The translations under genes and the position numbers were made by a program. Of a stretch of 64,000 bases of DNA, positions 17,301-27,231 are shown one piece after another. The stretch is from an uncultured Candidatus Saccharibacteria bacterium (GTDB lineage Bacteria; Patescibacteriota; Saccharimonadia; Saccharimonadales; CAZJQT01), in contig CAZWRJ010000003.1 of the NCBI GenBank assembly GCA_964636215.1, forward strand, positions 6,743 through 70,742, in the 5' to 3' direction. Numbering within the stretch: the stretch's first letter is position 1; each line of letters opens with the position of its first letter. The notes beneath the pieces are model-generated. The model was not told where the DNA came from and made no database searches. It saw only the letters and a program-made list of their open reading frames with translations.

Positions 17301-17756
17301 ATGGCAACGTTAGAGCGGGCCATAGAATTAGCAACAGAAGTACACGAAGGACAATTCCGCTTTGATGGAAGCCCTTACATAACTCACCCTCTTTGGGTTA
17401 TGCGTTGCGTGGAGTCGTTGGGTCATTCTGTGACTACTCAAATGGTCGCAGTAATGCATGATGCAGTCGAGGATAGCGGCGGTGCATTAACCTTTGATCA
17501 ATTAAGAGACGAGGGCTTTGGTGACGATGTAGTTTACCCTCTACAACTACTTACTAAAGAACCAGATGCTGACTATGATTTATACGTTCAAAGGTTAGCG
17601 CCAAATCCGCGGTCCAGGGCTGTAAAAAAAGGCGATCTCTTCCATAATCTTGATCTCACTGGTCTTGAGAATCCTTCTCTAGATCAGATTCTACGAATCG
17701 AAAAATATAGCCGCTCCTTGTTATATCTGGCCCGCTTCCCTCAACCTAGGGTTTAA
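17301..17756 (+). CDS. standalone HD-domain hydrolase, RelA/SpoT-hydrolase (SAH/Mesh1)-like
   Basis: HEGQFR..GSPYITHP, MHDAVED, VKKGDLFHN. Confidence 0.85.
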   Translation: MATLERAIELATEVHEGQFRFDGSPYITHPLWVMRCVESLGHSVTTQMVAVMHDAVEDSGGALTFDQLRDEGFGDDVVYPLQLLTKEPDADYDLYVQRLAPNPRSRAVKKGDLFHNLDLTGLENPSLDQILRIEKYSRSLLYLARFPQPRV

Positions 17757-17758
17757 CT

Positions 17759-18091
17759 TTATCTTTGATCATTTGGCATTACGACGCCGAATTCTTCGCC
17801 GGCAAAGCTGGTAATATCACCAAAGTCCTCGTTCTTAGGTAAGCCCTGCCATTGTTTAGCGTTTTCTGAATCACCATTATCAATATCAGTTTGCATAGCA
17901 TCGCGAGCTGTCTGAGATTCCCATTCGGCAATTAGGAAAAAGCATCTTGGCTCGTTTCTGACTCTATGAATATGTGTTCCTTTAGCACCGGGATATTTTT
18001 GAAGTATTTCACTGCCTATTTTCCAATGATTTATAAAATCATTTTCATCAACATCATCGTTCAGTTTAATTTTCCAAATATACCTGTACAT
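17759..18091 (-). CDS. ABM (dimeric alpha-beta barrel) domain protein
   Basis: F..HW, PGAKGTHIHR, IAEWES pattern. Confidence 0.75.
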   Translation of the reverse strand: MYRYIWKIKLNDDVDENDFINHWKIGSEILQKYPGAKGTHIHRVRNEPRCFFLIAEWESQTARDAMQTDIDNGDSENAKQWQGLPKNEDFGDITSFAGEEFGVVMPNDQR

Positions 18092-18097
18092 CTTGAT

Positions 18098-18364
18098 TCA
18101 ATCGTTTTGTTTCGATTCTGCTTCGGATTCCATTTTATCCAGCCGAGTGTAATAGTCCGGGATTTCTTTTAGGTGGGCCCAGGCAATCTTGCCCGTGAAT
18201 AATGGATCGTCTTTTGTGACATTCGTTTCGTCGCCCCACAGCGATCCATGTTCCATTTCCACTTCTAGCCCTCGCCTGAATTCATTTAATCGGAACTTGC
18301 TCCAATCAATTCCCAACTTATTGCCTATTTCTTTGGCTTCCGCTTCGGTAAATTTCTTCTTCAT
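18098..18364 (-). CDS. DUF5661-like protein
   Basis: GLEVEMEHG, TGKIAWAHLKEIPDYYTRL. Confidence 0.75.
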   Translation of the reverse strand: MKKKFTEAEAKEIGNKLGIDWSKFRLNEFRRGLEVEMEHGSLWGDETNVTKDDPLFTGKIAWAHLKEIPDYYTRLDKMESEAESKQND

Positions 18365-18382
18365 CTTGCCACAATCATAACA

Positions 18383-19687
18383 CTAGGAAACTTTTGTTGG
18401 CAGGTCGGAAATAGAAACTCGGTCTTGTTCGGTTGTATCACGATCGCGAACCGTGATAGTTTGATCGTCTAGCGTTTGGAAATCAATCGTCAGGCAATGC
18501 GGCGTACCAATCTCGTCTTGGCGGCGATAGCGTTTACCAATATTACCATTGTCGTCCCATAGAACATTTCCAAACTCTTTTTTGAGCATGTCATAGACTT
18601 CCCTGGCCTTCTTGACCAGTTCCGGTTTGTTCTTGAGTAGTGGGAAGACAGCAACTTTGACCGGGGCAATGTGAGCTGGCAGCTTCAAGAACACACGCTT
18701 TTCACCACCCTGCTCGTCCTCTGAATAAGCCGAAGCCAGCACCGCTAATACGCAGCGCTCGACGCCAAAGGTTGGTTCCAGTACGTGCGGTATAAATGGC
18801 TCGTTACCATCCTTCGGATAATATTTAAGGTTCTTGCCGGAATGCTTTTCATGAGAACTTAGATCAAAGTCGGTGCGGTAAGCCAGACCAGTCAGTTCTT
18901 TGCGGCCAAATGGATAGTCAAATTCCCAGTCGACCGTTCGCTGGCTGTAGTGCGAGCGATCCTCGTCTGGGTGTTCGTACTGTTTGATCTTGGAAGTATC
19001 GACGCCGACATGCTCCAGGAATTCTTTCTGCTGACCCAGCCAGTAATCAAACATTTCTTGCCAATTGCTGCCCTTCGGTTCGAAGAAATATTCAATCTCC
19101 ATCATTTCTAGCTCGCGGTCGCGGAAGATGAAATCGCGAGGAGATATTTCGTTGCGGAAAGCCTTACCAATTTGAGCAATTCCAAACGGGATGTCTGGCT
19201 GGACACTGTCCACGACATTCTTAAAATTGGTGAAAATCCCCTGTGCGGTTTCAGGCCGCAAGTACGCGACCATACTAGAATCTTCGGTCACGCCCATCTG
19301 AGTTTTGAGCATCATATTAAATTGCCGGGGCTCGCCGAGCGTACCGGTTTTTCCGCAAGTCGGACAAGTATCATTCTCTATGTGATCAGCTCGGAGACGC
19401 GAATGACAGTTGGAGCACTCCACCATCGGATCGTTAAAACCGGCCACATGTCCTGACGCTTCCCAGACTTTGGCATTCATCAAAATCGCCGCGTCCAGTG
19501 GATACATATCATCGCGCTCAGCGACGAAATGATCCCACCAAACGTTTTGTATATTCTGTTTGAGCCTTACGCCAAGCGGACCATAGTCCCAAGTACCAGC
19601 AAGTCCACCGTAAATCTCGGAACCTTGAAAAATAAACCCACGCCGTTTAGCCAACGAAACTATATCTTCAAGAGAAACATCACTCAT
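18383..19687 (-). CDS. glyS: glycine--tRNA ligase, alpha2 type
   Basis: KRRGF, YGPLG, LRPETAQG, FRNEISPR, IGKRYRRQDEIGTP. Confidence 0.97.
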   Translation of the reverse strand: MSDVSLEDIVSLAKRRGFIFQGSEIYGGLAGTWDYGPLGVRLKQNIQNVWWDHFVAERDDMYPLDAAILMNAKVWEASGHVAGFNDPMVECSNCHSRLRADHIENDTCPTCGKTGTLGEPRQFNMMLKTQMGVTEDSSMVAYLRPETAQGIFTNFKNVVDSVQPDIPFGIAQIGKAFRNEISPRDFIFRDRELEMMEIEYFFEPKGSNWQEMFDYWLGQQKEFLEHVGVDTSKIKQYEHPDEDRSHYSQRTVDWEFDYPFGRKELTGLAYRTDFDLSSHEKHSGKNLKYYPKDGNEPFIPHVLEPTFGVERCVLAVLASAYSEDEQGGEKRVFLKLPAHIAPVKVAVFPLLKNKPELVKKAREVYDMLKKEFGNVLWDDNGNIGKRYRRQDEIGTPHCLTIDFQTLDDQTITVRDRDTTEQDRVSISDLPTKVS

Positions 19688-19751
19688 CTTGGGTGTAATT
19701 ATACCCTGCTACAAACAAATTTAGCCAAAAACAGTTTGGACTGCTTGAAAA

Positions 19752-20261
19752 TTAAGTTCGGCTACGATTTTCTATAGCCAGTAAACAAGCTATAACAAAG
19801 CTATCGGCATCAGCTTCAACAATTCCAGGTATTGGAACCTGATCATGACCAATCAAACCAGCAAGTTCATTATGCCCGTCCGGATAAACTTCGGCTATAA
19901 ACCCATCAAGCATGATTCGTCCACCTGCTCGGTATGGTAATTTATCTGAGAAACGTATTAACCCAGTTTGCAGTTCTTTACCATCCCTTTCACGCCTAAT
20001 ATCATCAATGCCAATTGTTGCTCTCTCAGTATCCAGAGCAACCGTCATGTGTGCTGTTTGCTGCCAGCTAACTCCAACATTACCTTCCGTATAGCCAACA
20101 CAAACTGATTTTTCATACATGGGCAGATGAGCCCGAAATTCATAAAACCGTCGTTGCCTAGCAAGTTTATCAATCGCCGCCTCAATTCGAACATAGTTAG
20201 TTCTGTGGGCAAAAGTATCCCAGGCTTTTTGGTCGATTTCTTTGTGACCAAGAATAGACAT
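19752..20261 (-). CDS. hypothetical protein
   Basis: 169-aa ORF fills the gap; TATAAT just upstream. Confidence 0.6.
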   Translation of the reverse strand: MSILGHKEIDQKAWDTFAHRTNYVRIEAAIDKLARQRRFYEFRAHLPMYEKSVCVGYTEGNVGVSWQQTAHMTVALDTERATIGIDDIRRERDGKELQTGLIRFSDKLPYRAGGRIMLDGFIAEVYPDGHNELAGLIGHDQVPIPGIVEADADSFVIACLLAIENRSRT

Positions 20262-20310
20262 ATTATTATATTATACCAGAATTATTGCAAATGTAAATAT
20301 CGGTTATTTA

Positions 20311-21003
20311 TTATCGTTGGAAAAAACGATGAGACATAATTTGGGAAAGTTTGAGGCAGTCTTGGGTAAGCGGTTCAAGTCCTTTTATTTGCTTGAGTTT
20401 TGTTGGTTTGTCGATCCTTATACACAGTCTTAGCAACTTGATGTGATCTGATTGATATCGGCCTGAGTTCGAAGCCGTAAAAGCCATGCTATCAGTATCA
20501 AAATTGTAATTACCTTTTGGTTGAAATGACTGCTTAGCTGCATCAGTTTCCAGATTGGGTGAATGACCGCTGATAACGAGCAGATCCAATGTAAACCATA
20601 ACCGTACAAGATCGCTAGATAGGTCAGGATCATTAAGTGCTTCAAGGGTAGATTGTAAAAAGTCAAAATAAGCCGGTTCTAGATTTTCTTCGGTGGCTTT
20701 ATTAAGCCGTTTTAATAATTCGTAGCCAAGCATGGTGCGTTCAATATCGCGTACGATCTGATCATAGTGCTTGATTAACCTACTAGAAGTAAGAGTCAGA
20801 AGCTCGCCTCTGCCCTGTATCAAACCAATTTCATTAACGCCAAACAGTTCGATACCACCGGCGAGTTTGGATTTGCTTTTGCGCACACCGCGAGCCAAGA
20901 CTCTAACCTTCCCAAGATCGGGAGTTAAGATTGTTAGTATGCGGTCAGCTTCTTGATAATTGGTGCGCGCTAAAACAATACCTTTAGTTATAGTCTGTTT
21001 CAT
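20311..21003 (-). CDS. recO: DNA repair protein RecO
   Basis: GIVLARTNYQEADRILTILT..GKV..LARGVRK.KSKL. Confidence 0.92.
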   Translation of the reverse strand: MKQTITKGIVLARTNYQEADRILTILTPDLGKVRVLARGVRKSKSKLAGGIELFGVNEIGLIQGRGELLTLTSSRLIKHYDQIVRDIERTMLGYELLKRLNKATEENLEPAYFDFLQSTLEALNDPDLSSDLVRLWFTLDLLVISGHSPNLETDAAKQSFQPKGNYNFDTDSMAFTASNSGRYQSDHIKLLRLCIRIDKPTKLKQIKGLEPLTQDCLKLSQIMSHRFFQR

Positions 21004-21383
21004 ATGGGAATCGACGCGAGATTTTCCACCACTCGTCTTAGTTGGTGGATATTTGAGTCAGGTTTGTAAAGAATGTTTTTGACTCCAAGTTGCTTAAAGG
21101 CAGCTTTATACTGATCGTCAAGAATATGTTGGTTTATGGAGTAAATGACCACTGGTAGATTTTGCCATTCTGGATAAGAACGTATTTCGTATATAAACTC
21201 GATACCGTTATGGAGGCCAAGCTGCAGCTCGACAACTATCACTTCTGGTGACACTTTGCCGTCAAGGGCATCGAGCGCGGTTTGAGCCGATCTGCGCCAA
21301 ACAATGGTGTGACCAAACTTCTCTAATGATTGTTTAGTGGTCTGCCCGAATAGTTTATCTGGTTCAATAAGTAAGATATGCAT
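21000..21383 (-). CDS. atypical single-domain response regulator receiver
   Basis: HILLIEPD, PEVIVVELQL (phosphoacceptor D replaced by E), HNGIEFI, LYKP. Confidence 0.8.
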   Translation of the reverse strand: MHILLIEPDKLFGQTTKQSLEKFGHTIVWRRSAQTALDALDGKVSPEVIVVELQLGLHNGIEFIYEIRSYPEWQNLPVVIYSINQHILDDQYKAAFKQLGVKNILYKPDSNIHQLRRVVENLASIPI

Positions 21384-22064
21384 TTAAAGTAATTGTAGCT
21401 GATGGCTTGGCAGTAGCAGGTTGCCTACCCCACTCATAGATCGATGACGATAACTACGGAGCGGTGACTGAAGATGTTGGCTCAGAAGATCAGCAATAAC
21501 CAGACCAGCTCCCCCGCTGACACCAAGAGCTGGAGCGGATTGTGCGGCACGTCCATGAAGTTGTTTAGCAAGATTGATGACTCGCTGCGATAGATTAACT
21601 TGGCGGCTAAAAACCCCTACAACAATACCCTTGGCTGATTGATGCGTGCCAAGGATTAATTGCCTAGGAGAATCTTCTTCTTCAATATCAGCCGTAATTA
21701 AACTACTGCCTAGTAGTACTAAGATGGTTTTAAGCAGACGACGATTGGCCATGATTGGTACACTACGACCAACTTGATCAATCTCGATGCTGCAGTTTGA
21801 CTGTTTAGCAAAGCGGCTTAAACTTTCAGCAGCTTCGTACAAAACGCTGGAGGCAGCCAGCGGTTCTAATGTCAAAACAGTTTGGGAATCTCTTGCTTGA
21901 AGATAGGCATCGACAAGCGTTAAAGCTTGTTCACTAATGACGGCTATACGTGGCAAAGTATTGGCCGAATTTAGTTCTGACATACGAGTAATCTGAAGTA
22001 AAGGTACTTTAAGCTGCTCAGCCAAAGCTGTAAATAACGGATCAATTGATTGGTCCTGAACCAA
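21384..22064 (-). CDS. degenerate histidine-kinase-like protein
   Basis: AEQLKVPL in place of HELxTPL; GGAGLVIA remnant of the G2 box. Confidence 0.65.
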   Translation of the reverse strand: MVQDQSIDPLFTALAEQLKVPLLQITRMSELNSANTLPRIAVISEQALTLVDAYLQARDSQTVLTLEPLAASSVLYEAAESLSRFAKQSNCSIEIDQVGRSVPIMANRRLLKTILVLLGSSLITADIEEEDSPRQLILGTHQSAKGIVVGVFSRQVNLSQRVINLAKQLHGRAAQSAPALGVSGGAGLVIADLLSQHLQSPLRSYRHRSMSGVGNLLLPSHQLQLL

Positions 22065-22116
22065 GTTCCTGCCCTCGTCTAGTTTGCTTTTAGTATAGCA
22101 CTAGCCCAGGCATCAT

Positions 22117-22818
22117 CTAGGGTACAAATTTGAGTTTCGGTAGAATTATTTTATTGAAATCGTTTAGAAATTCAGACGATTCTGTAGACAGCCGCAATGT
22201 CTTATCACGAAGTGGTAGAAGTATCATGCTGTCTTTTTGCCCAGTCGTAATTTCACCGTCAATTCGAGAGCCAACGACGCCTTTTACCATAGGTGCACTG
22301 TATGCCGTAATCCGTACTTTGCCAGCTTTGGCCTGAGATTTATAGGTTTCGAGAGCCTGGCTGTAACTTTGATTTAGTACCTCCAGCCGTAGCGCAAACG
22401 CTGTAGTGCCAGCGATATCTGGTACGAAACCAGGATAAAAATAACCGTCAACCGGACTCGAAGCGGTATCTTTATTTACTATGTAAGCATCCCAAGTTTT
22501 AGGGTATGTGACCGTTACCCCGCCGTAAGTATCTGGACCTTTGTAAGTTTTATATGGTGATTTCTCTTGCTCGGCAAATATTTTGACTTGTTTGTCATCT
22601 TCTTGCTTGACAGCTTGAGCAACGGCTGTGGCAGCTTTTTGGTCACTATTATTTTTGTAATCTTGGCGACCACCGAAGGCCCAGACCGCAAAAGTTATGC
22701 TAGCAATCAGCGCAATAACAAGTAACAATATTATAAGAATTGTAGCTAGAGATCGACCATGTTTTTGATGATGGCCGATATTAGGAGGAGTTCCGTAACT
22801 AGTTTGGTTGGGCGGCAT
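22117..22818 (-). CDS. membrane-anchored hypothetical protein (PsbP-like C-terminus possible)
   Basis: N-terminal TM; TVTYPKTW motif. Confidence 0.65.
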   Translation of the reverse strand: MPPNQTSYGTPPNIGHHQKHGRSLATILIILLLVIALIASITFAVWAFGGRQDYKNNSDQKAATAVAQAVKQEDDKQVKIFAEQEKSPYKTYKGPDTYGGVTVTYPKTWDAYIVNKDTASSPVDGYFYPGFVPDIAGTTAFALRLEVLNQSYSQALETYKSQAKAGKVRITAYSAPMVKGVVGSRIDGEITTGQKDSMILLPLRDKTLRLSTESSEFLNDFNKIILPKLKFVP

Positions 22819-22841
22819 GAGGTTATGATAACATAAGCGGT

Positions 22842-23336
22842 TTATTTTTTAAGAGGTTGGTAACGGTAATAAAATAAGCCGTTCTTTCCGACGGTGACTT
22901 TTTTACCCGGTATTTCAAAAGCAAAGCTAATAACTTTGACAGGTTTAGTAATTTCTTGAATAATTTTTTTATCCAATTTTGGCATATATCGTTTAAGTAA
23001 AAAAATGTAAATGGCATCTGTTTCTGGCCATGACTGGTGCCAATAGTTTCCAAACTGAACAGTAATTAATTTGCGGTGTCGCCAACTTGCTAGACGACTC
23101 CAAATAACTAGTATCGGGTTAAGCTCATAGCCTATACAAACAATTCCTCGATCAGCTGCCCTTCTAAGTACGCGTCCATCGCCGCTGCCCAGTTCGAGCA
23201 ATGTTTGGCCCGGTTTTAAATCAAGTAAATCCAGGGCAGTTTCGGTTTGTTTTTTTAACGTTGGCAGATATGGTGCCCCGAAAATTAACACAAATCCAAA
23301 TAACAGAACGATAATACTCAGGGCTATCAATATCAT
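22842..23336 (-). CDS. SAM-dependent methyltransferase
   Basis: GAPYLPT, LLELGSGDGR, GYELNP. Confidence 0.88.
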   Translation of the reverse strand: MILIALSIIVLLFGFVLIFGAPYLPTLKKQTETALDLLDLKPGQTLLELGSGDGRVLRRAADRGIVCIGYELNPILVIWSRLASWRHRKLITVQFGNYWHQSWPETDAIYIFLLKRYMPKLDKKIIQEITKPVKVISFAFEIPGKKVTVGKNGLFYYRYQPLKK

Positions 23337-24778
23337 TTGGGTAATTGTTCTTTATCGGTTGGCTCAATAACCTCAGGCGGCTGGTCAGAAACGGGAGTTG
23401 GTATTTCTGATGTTTTAGATGTCTGTGCTTGTTTAGGTGGTTGGTTGATTTTCTTGGGCGGAAGATTTTTAAGCCATGGTAGTTTGTGACGATGCCTATA
23501 GAGCAAGTAGCCCCCGAGCCCCGCAGCACCAAGAATGAGTAGTAGGCCGATGCCTATTAGCCAGCCGTAGGTGCCCTTTAACCTATTAAAGAGACTGGTA
23601 GGATTAGTTAGAGTGCCGAGTACAGCTTCTGGCACATCGCCAAGATCTTTTACTTCAGTTGTCTTCGAACCATCAGCCTGTTTTTGTTTATCATTACTAC
23701 TGGAAGCCTTGTCTGAATTATTGGAACTTGAACCGGATCCGGATCCACCACCTGCACCTGAGCCACCTCCAATGGCCACGCCAGTGTCGGCTAATATGGC
23801 AGCCCTTATGGCGTCTAGCCCGGATTGAACCCCGTTCATTTGGTGTGGCGCGCCAGCTACAACCGTTTTAGTAAGATATGGAGTGCCACTGGCTACTAAT
23901 TTATTATAGTAATCACCGACGTGAGCTTGCATGGTTTGGTCTTCGCCCCCAAGCAATAAGACAATTCGAGTATCAGCAAAATAATAATCCAGAGAACCGG
24001 TGTCTATGCCGTCACTATTCCAATGTGAAGTCCAAGAAGAGTCGTGATTTTCACAAGGACCGCCACCAGAAAGATATCCATAGTTACCGTCTAAGTATGG
24101 ATAGTCATTAGGGTTATAAGTGTAGGCATCGTGAGTATTTAGACAACCTTTGGCATAGGCCGAGTAAGGAGGACCTGAACTCGGTAGAGCTGCGTCGATA
24201 ATCGAGTCCAGTCCGTAAAACGCTAGAGCGTACATTGTCTGAGCGGCTCCTCCACTGTTACCGCTGACACAAAAACCACACTTTCCTATCTTGTCGACCG
24301 TGATATTAAGTGGTTTATATTTATTATCGTAAATCCATTTGATGACCGTTGATGGTCGGCAAGCAAGTTTGGAAATTCCAGCTCTTTCGCCATTGGCGGC
24401 CCGAACCCAAGGATTAACCCAGGCGACTTCAATAACCTTAAAGCCATCGCTGCGTAATTCACTTAGAAAATTAGCTTTTACTTGCTTGCCACCCAGATAC
24501 CAACTGGTACCGCCAGTACCAGTGAAAAGTACGACTAGACCTCTAGTTTTGGAAGTTGGGTTGTATTCAGCAATGGTTGCGTCATCGGCCTCGTCCAGAC
24601 TAGAACAACTAACACGTAGGTTGGTACAGTCGGCACTCGGTGGACAGGTGTTACCCCCACTTGTTACAGAGGCACTACCAAGTGATAATGATGATGACGC
24701 CTTGGCAGTAAGTGGTAACATGACCAGGAATAGTAGTAGAACTATGTTGATAAACAGAATTGAGCGAATTTTTGTCAT
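23333..24778 (-). CDS. secreted, C-terminally anchored Cys-rich alpha/beta hydrolase (paralog 1)
   Basis: Signal peptide, GNSGG nucleophile elbow, GGED...GAPH, Gly/Ser linker, TM and Pro-rich tail. Confidence 0.7.
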   Translation of the reverse strand: MTKIRSILFINIVLLLFLVMLPLTAKASSSLSLGSASVTSGGNTCPPSADCTNLRVSCSSLDEADDATIAEYNPTSKTRGLVVLFTGTGGTSWYLGGKQVKANFLSELRSDGFKVIEVAWVNPWVRAANGERAGISKLACRPSTVIKWIYDNKYKPLNITVDKIGKCGFCVSGNSGGAAQTMYALAFYGLDSIIDAALPSSGPPYSAYAKGCLNTHDAYTYNPNDYPYLDGNYGYLSGGGPCENHDSSWTSHWNSDGIDTGSLDYYFADTRIVLLLGGEDQTMQAHVGDYYNKLVASGTPYLTKTVVAGAPHQMNGVQSGLDAIRAAILADTGVAIGGGSGAGGGSGSGSSSNNSDKASSSNDKQKQADGSKTTEVKDLGDVPEAVLGTLTNPTSLFNRLKGTYGWLIGIGLLLILGAAGLGGYLLYRHRHKLPWLKNLPPKKINQPPKQAQTSKTSEIPTPVSDQPPEVIEPTDKEQLPK

Positions 24779-24825
24779 TTTGGCTTGTTAAGATTTCCCT
24801 GCTTATTATACGCTGTTGAGATATT

Positions 24826-25029
24826 TTAAGATTTAAAATTAGGGTTTATTTTTTTGACCTTGTTCTCAGCAAGTTTCAACTGTTTTTCTAACTCAGATAT
24901 GATGACCAGTCCTCTTTCGTATGCTTTCATAGCTGCCTCAATATCAAGATCACCGGACTGTAAGTTACTCATAAGACTATCGAGTTCATCGGTCAAACTT
25001 TGATAACTTAGTGATTTTTTTGTGGTCAT
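24826..25029 (-). CDS. xseB: exodeoxyribonuclease VII small subunit
   Basis: LQSGDLDIEAAMKAYERG; downstream of xseA. Confidence 0.9.
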   Translation of the reverse strand: MTTKKSLSYQSLTDELDSLMSNLQSGDLDIEAAMKAYERGLVIISELEKQLKLAENKVKKINPNFKS

Positions 25030-25033
25030 GGCT

Positions 25034-26155
25034 TTAGTTTAGCTTAATTTTCTTAATAATGGCGTCAATGGCTCCATCAGATAGCTGAATTGCTAGATTG
25101 TCGCCAGTTTTTAGTGTTCGAGTAGAACGGACCAATTGTCCAGTCACGGAACGTACTATGGCATAACCCCGCCCTAGAGCAGCATTTGGATTAAGGACTT
25201 CTATTAATTGTCTTTTTAGATTTAGTGAGTTTTTCTCTGCGCCAATTAAATTCCCCCATACCTCTTGTAAAATTGATGCTTTTTTAATTAGTTCGACTCT
25301 TAAGCCTGTAATTTGTGAATCCAAAAGCCTTAAAAGTTCTGATCGACTGTTTTTTATCTGATTTAATATCTGTTTTTTATCTGGAACAAGTAGTTCTGCG
25401 GCGTTTGAAGGCGTACTGGCTCTCTGGTCGGCGGCTAGTTCAGCTAAGCTGATGTCGATCTCATGTCCGATGGCCACCAAGGTGGGTATTCGACTTGCAG
25501 CCACTGCCCTAGTAACTTGCTCCGAATTAAATACTGCCAAATCCTCTATGCTACCGCCGCCTCGAGTTATGACAACTACTTCAACCGGCGTTCCAGAAGT
25601 ATTTAAATAGTCTAGGGCTGCAACGATTTGAGTCGCGGCTGTTTCACCCTGCACCGTGACGTCTATTAGGCTAATTTCGATCCCACCCCACCTTTCGCCA
25701 AGAATTTTAATAAAGTCATGGTAGGCAGCTGAACCCTGTGAGGTAATTAACCCGATATTGCTCGGCGGATAAGGTAGAGGGCGCTTACGTTCTTCATCAA
25801 ACAATCCCTCGGCTGTTAATTTAGCTTGTAGTAATTGGGCCGCCCGCTTAAGCGTGCCCTCCCCCTCAAGCTTAATATTTAAGATATTGATATTAAAGCC
25901 GTAGAGAGGATGCAGTCTAGGCATGCCACGGACTTTAAGCAACATGCCGTCTTCTAAAGGACCAGGTAATACGCTGATATTACCAAAGAACTTGACGCTG
26001 GCTGATTCGTCTTTTAAGTCGAAATATACCCATCTGTTTTTGGAGACCCTAAAATTAGTAACTTCGCCGACAATAGTAACTAATGGATAAGCAATTTCTA
26101 GGGTTTGATTAAAAACAGCTACAAAATCACTGACACCAAATATTAGTTCTGTCAC
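25034..26155 (-). CDS. xseA: exodeoxyribonuclease VII large subunit
   Basis: GEVTNF, YFDLKD, RGGGSIEDL, AIGHEID, TPSNAAE. Confidence 0.95.
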   Translation of the reverse strand: MTELIFGVSDFVAVFNQTLEIAYPLVTIVGEVTNFRVSKNRWVYFDLKDESASVKFFGNISVLPGPLEDGMLLKVRGMPRLHPLYGFNINILNIKLEGEGTLKRAAQLLQAKLTAEGLFDEERKRPLPYPPSNIGLITSQGSAAYHDFIKILGERWGGIEISLIDVTVQGETAATQIVAALDYLNTSGTPVEVVVITRGGGSIEDLAVFNSEQVTRAVAASRIPTLVAIGHEIDISLAELAADQRASTPSNAAELLVPDKKQILNQIKNSRSELLRLLDSQITGLRVELIKKASILQEVWGNLIGAEKNSLNLKRQLIEVLNPNAALGRGYAIVRSVTGQLVRSTRTLKTGDNLAIQLSDGAIDAIIKKIKLN

Positions 26156-27201
26156 AACGGTTGTGAAACTATTGGCTTAGAGTGTAAGTTTCGGTGATAG
26201 AAATAATACCCCAGTGGTAATTGAGCTAGCATGTTAACAATTCTGTACATGAAAGTTACGGGCAGGCTAACAGCCGCTGGGATACCGCCGGCAGCTAGCA
26301 CGGCAGTCATAAGCCCTTCGTAAATCCCGATACCTCCAGGTAAAACTGATATCAAACCAGCAAAATTGGCCACGGCGTATGCAAGGATCACGGCTCCAGG
26401 GTTTACCCACTGCCCAAAAGCCACGTAAACAGCATAGATTGCTGCTATCTCAGTAAGATTAGCCATAAAAGCAAATACTAGTGGCTTTTTTAGAACCCCA
26501 GGGTTACGACGTATCAGCATATAATTTTCGTGCAGCTCATCAAATGTTTGGCGAGCCGACTCTATGTTGATGGTTTCTGGCTGATGGCGTCTAAACATAT
26601 GAATCAATCGATTTAAAATACGAGTGATTGAGATAAAGAAGACATTTATTCGATGTTTACTGCCTATTACGTAACCAATTATCAGAGTAACAACAAGCAA
26701 CAAAGTAGCTACTACCCCGGATACTAAAATCATTACATCACTGGCCTTGCCGCCAATAGCTAGGGCTAGAAGCCCGGTGAAAAGCAGGACTTGAAAGGAT
26801 ATAAAGATTAATATAAAACGCATCATTTGCACTAAACTGGCTCTGGCTGTTGAAATTTTCTCTCCTTTTAGTCTAATACTTAAATAAGAAAACCCGCTAA
26901 CGCCACCGCTAGGAAATACACTATTTATAAAATTTAGTTCTAGCGAGAGGCGGAACATAGAACGTGTCCGAAAACGCTCGCCAAGAATTCTGAACATACC
27001 CTGATAAAGTTTGCCACCACAATAATGATTAAGTAATTCTAGTGGTACTACTAAAAAAACCAGCCATAAATTGACTTTGGAAAGATTCTCATATGTGTAG
27101 GCAATTTGATCTCTGACGGCATAGATAAGTATGCCAAGGGCGGCGAGCGTAGCGAAAGTCAGAACAGTCTTCCAGCGCCGGCTGCGTAGTTTCTCGGTCA
27201 T
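26152..27201 (-). CDS. lysylphosphatidylglycerol synthase TM/flippase-like (UPF0104) protein
   Basis: NSVFPSGGVSG, LPGGIGIYE, YRIV; multiple TM segments. Confidence 0.8.
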   Translation of the reverse strand: MTEKLRSRRWKTVLTFATLAALGILIYAVRDQIAYTYENLSKVNLWLVFLVVPLELLNHYCGGKLYQGMFRILGERFRTRSMFRLSLELNFINSVFPSGGVSGFSYLSIRLKGEKISTARASLVQMMRFILIFISFQVLLFTGLLALAIGGKASDVMILVSGVVATLLLVVTLIIGYVIGSKHRINVFFISITRILNRLIHMFRRHQPETINIESARQTFDELHENYMLIRRNPGVLKKPLVFAFMANLTEIAAIYAVYVAFGQWVNPGAVILAYAVANFAGLISVLPGGIGIYEGLMTAVLAAGGIPAAVSLPVTFMYRIVNMLAQLPLGYYFYHRNLHSKPIVSQPL

Positions 27202-27231
27202 TTAGCTCTATTATACAGGTATACTAAAAAC

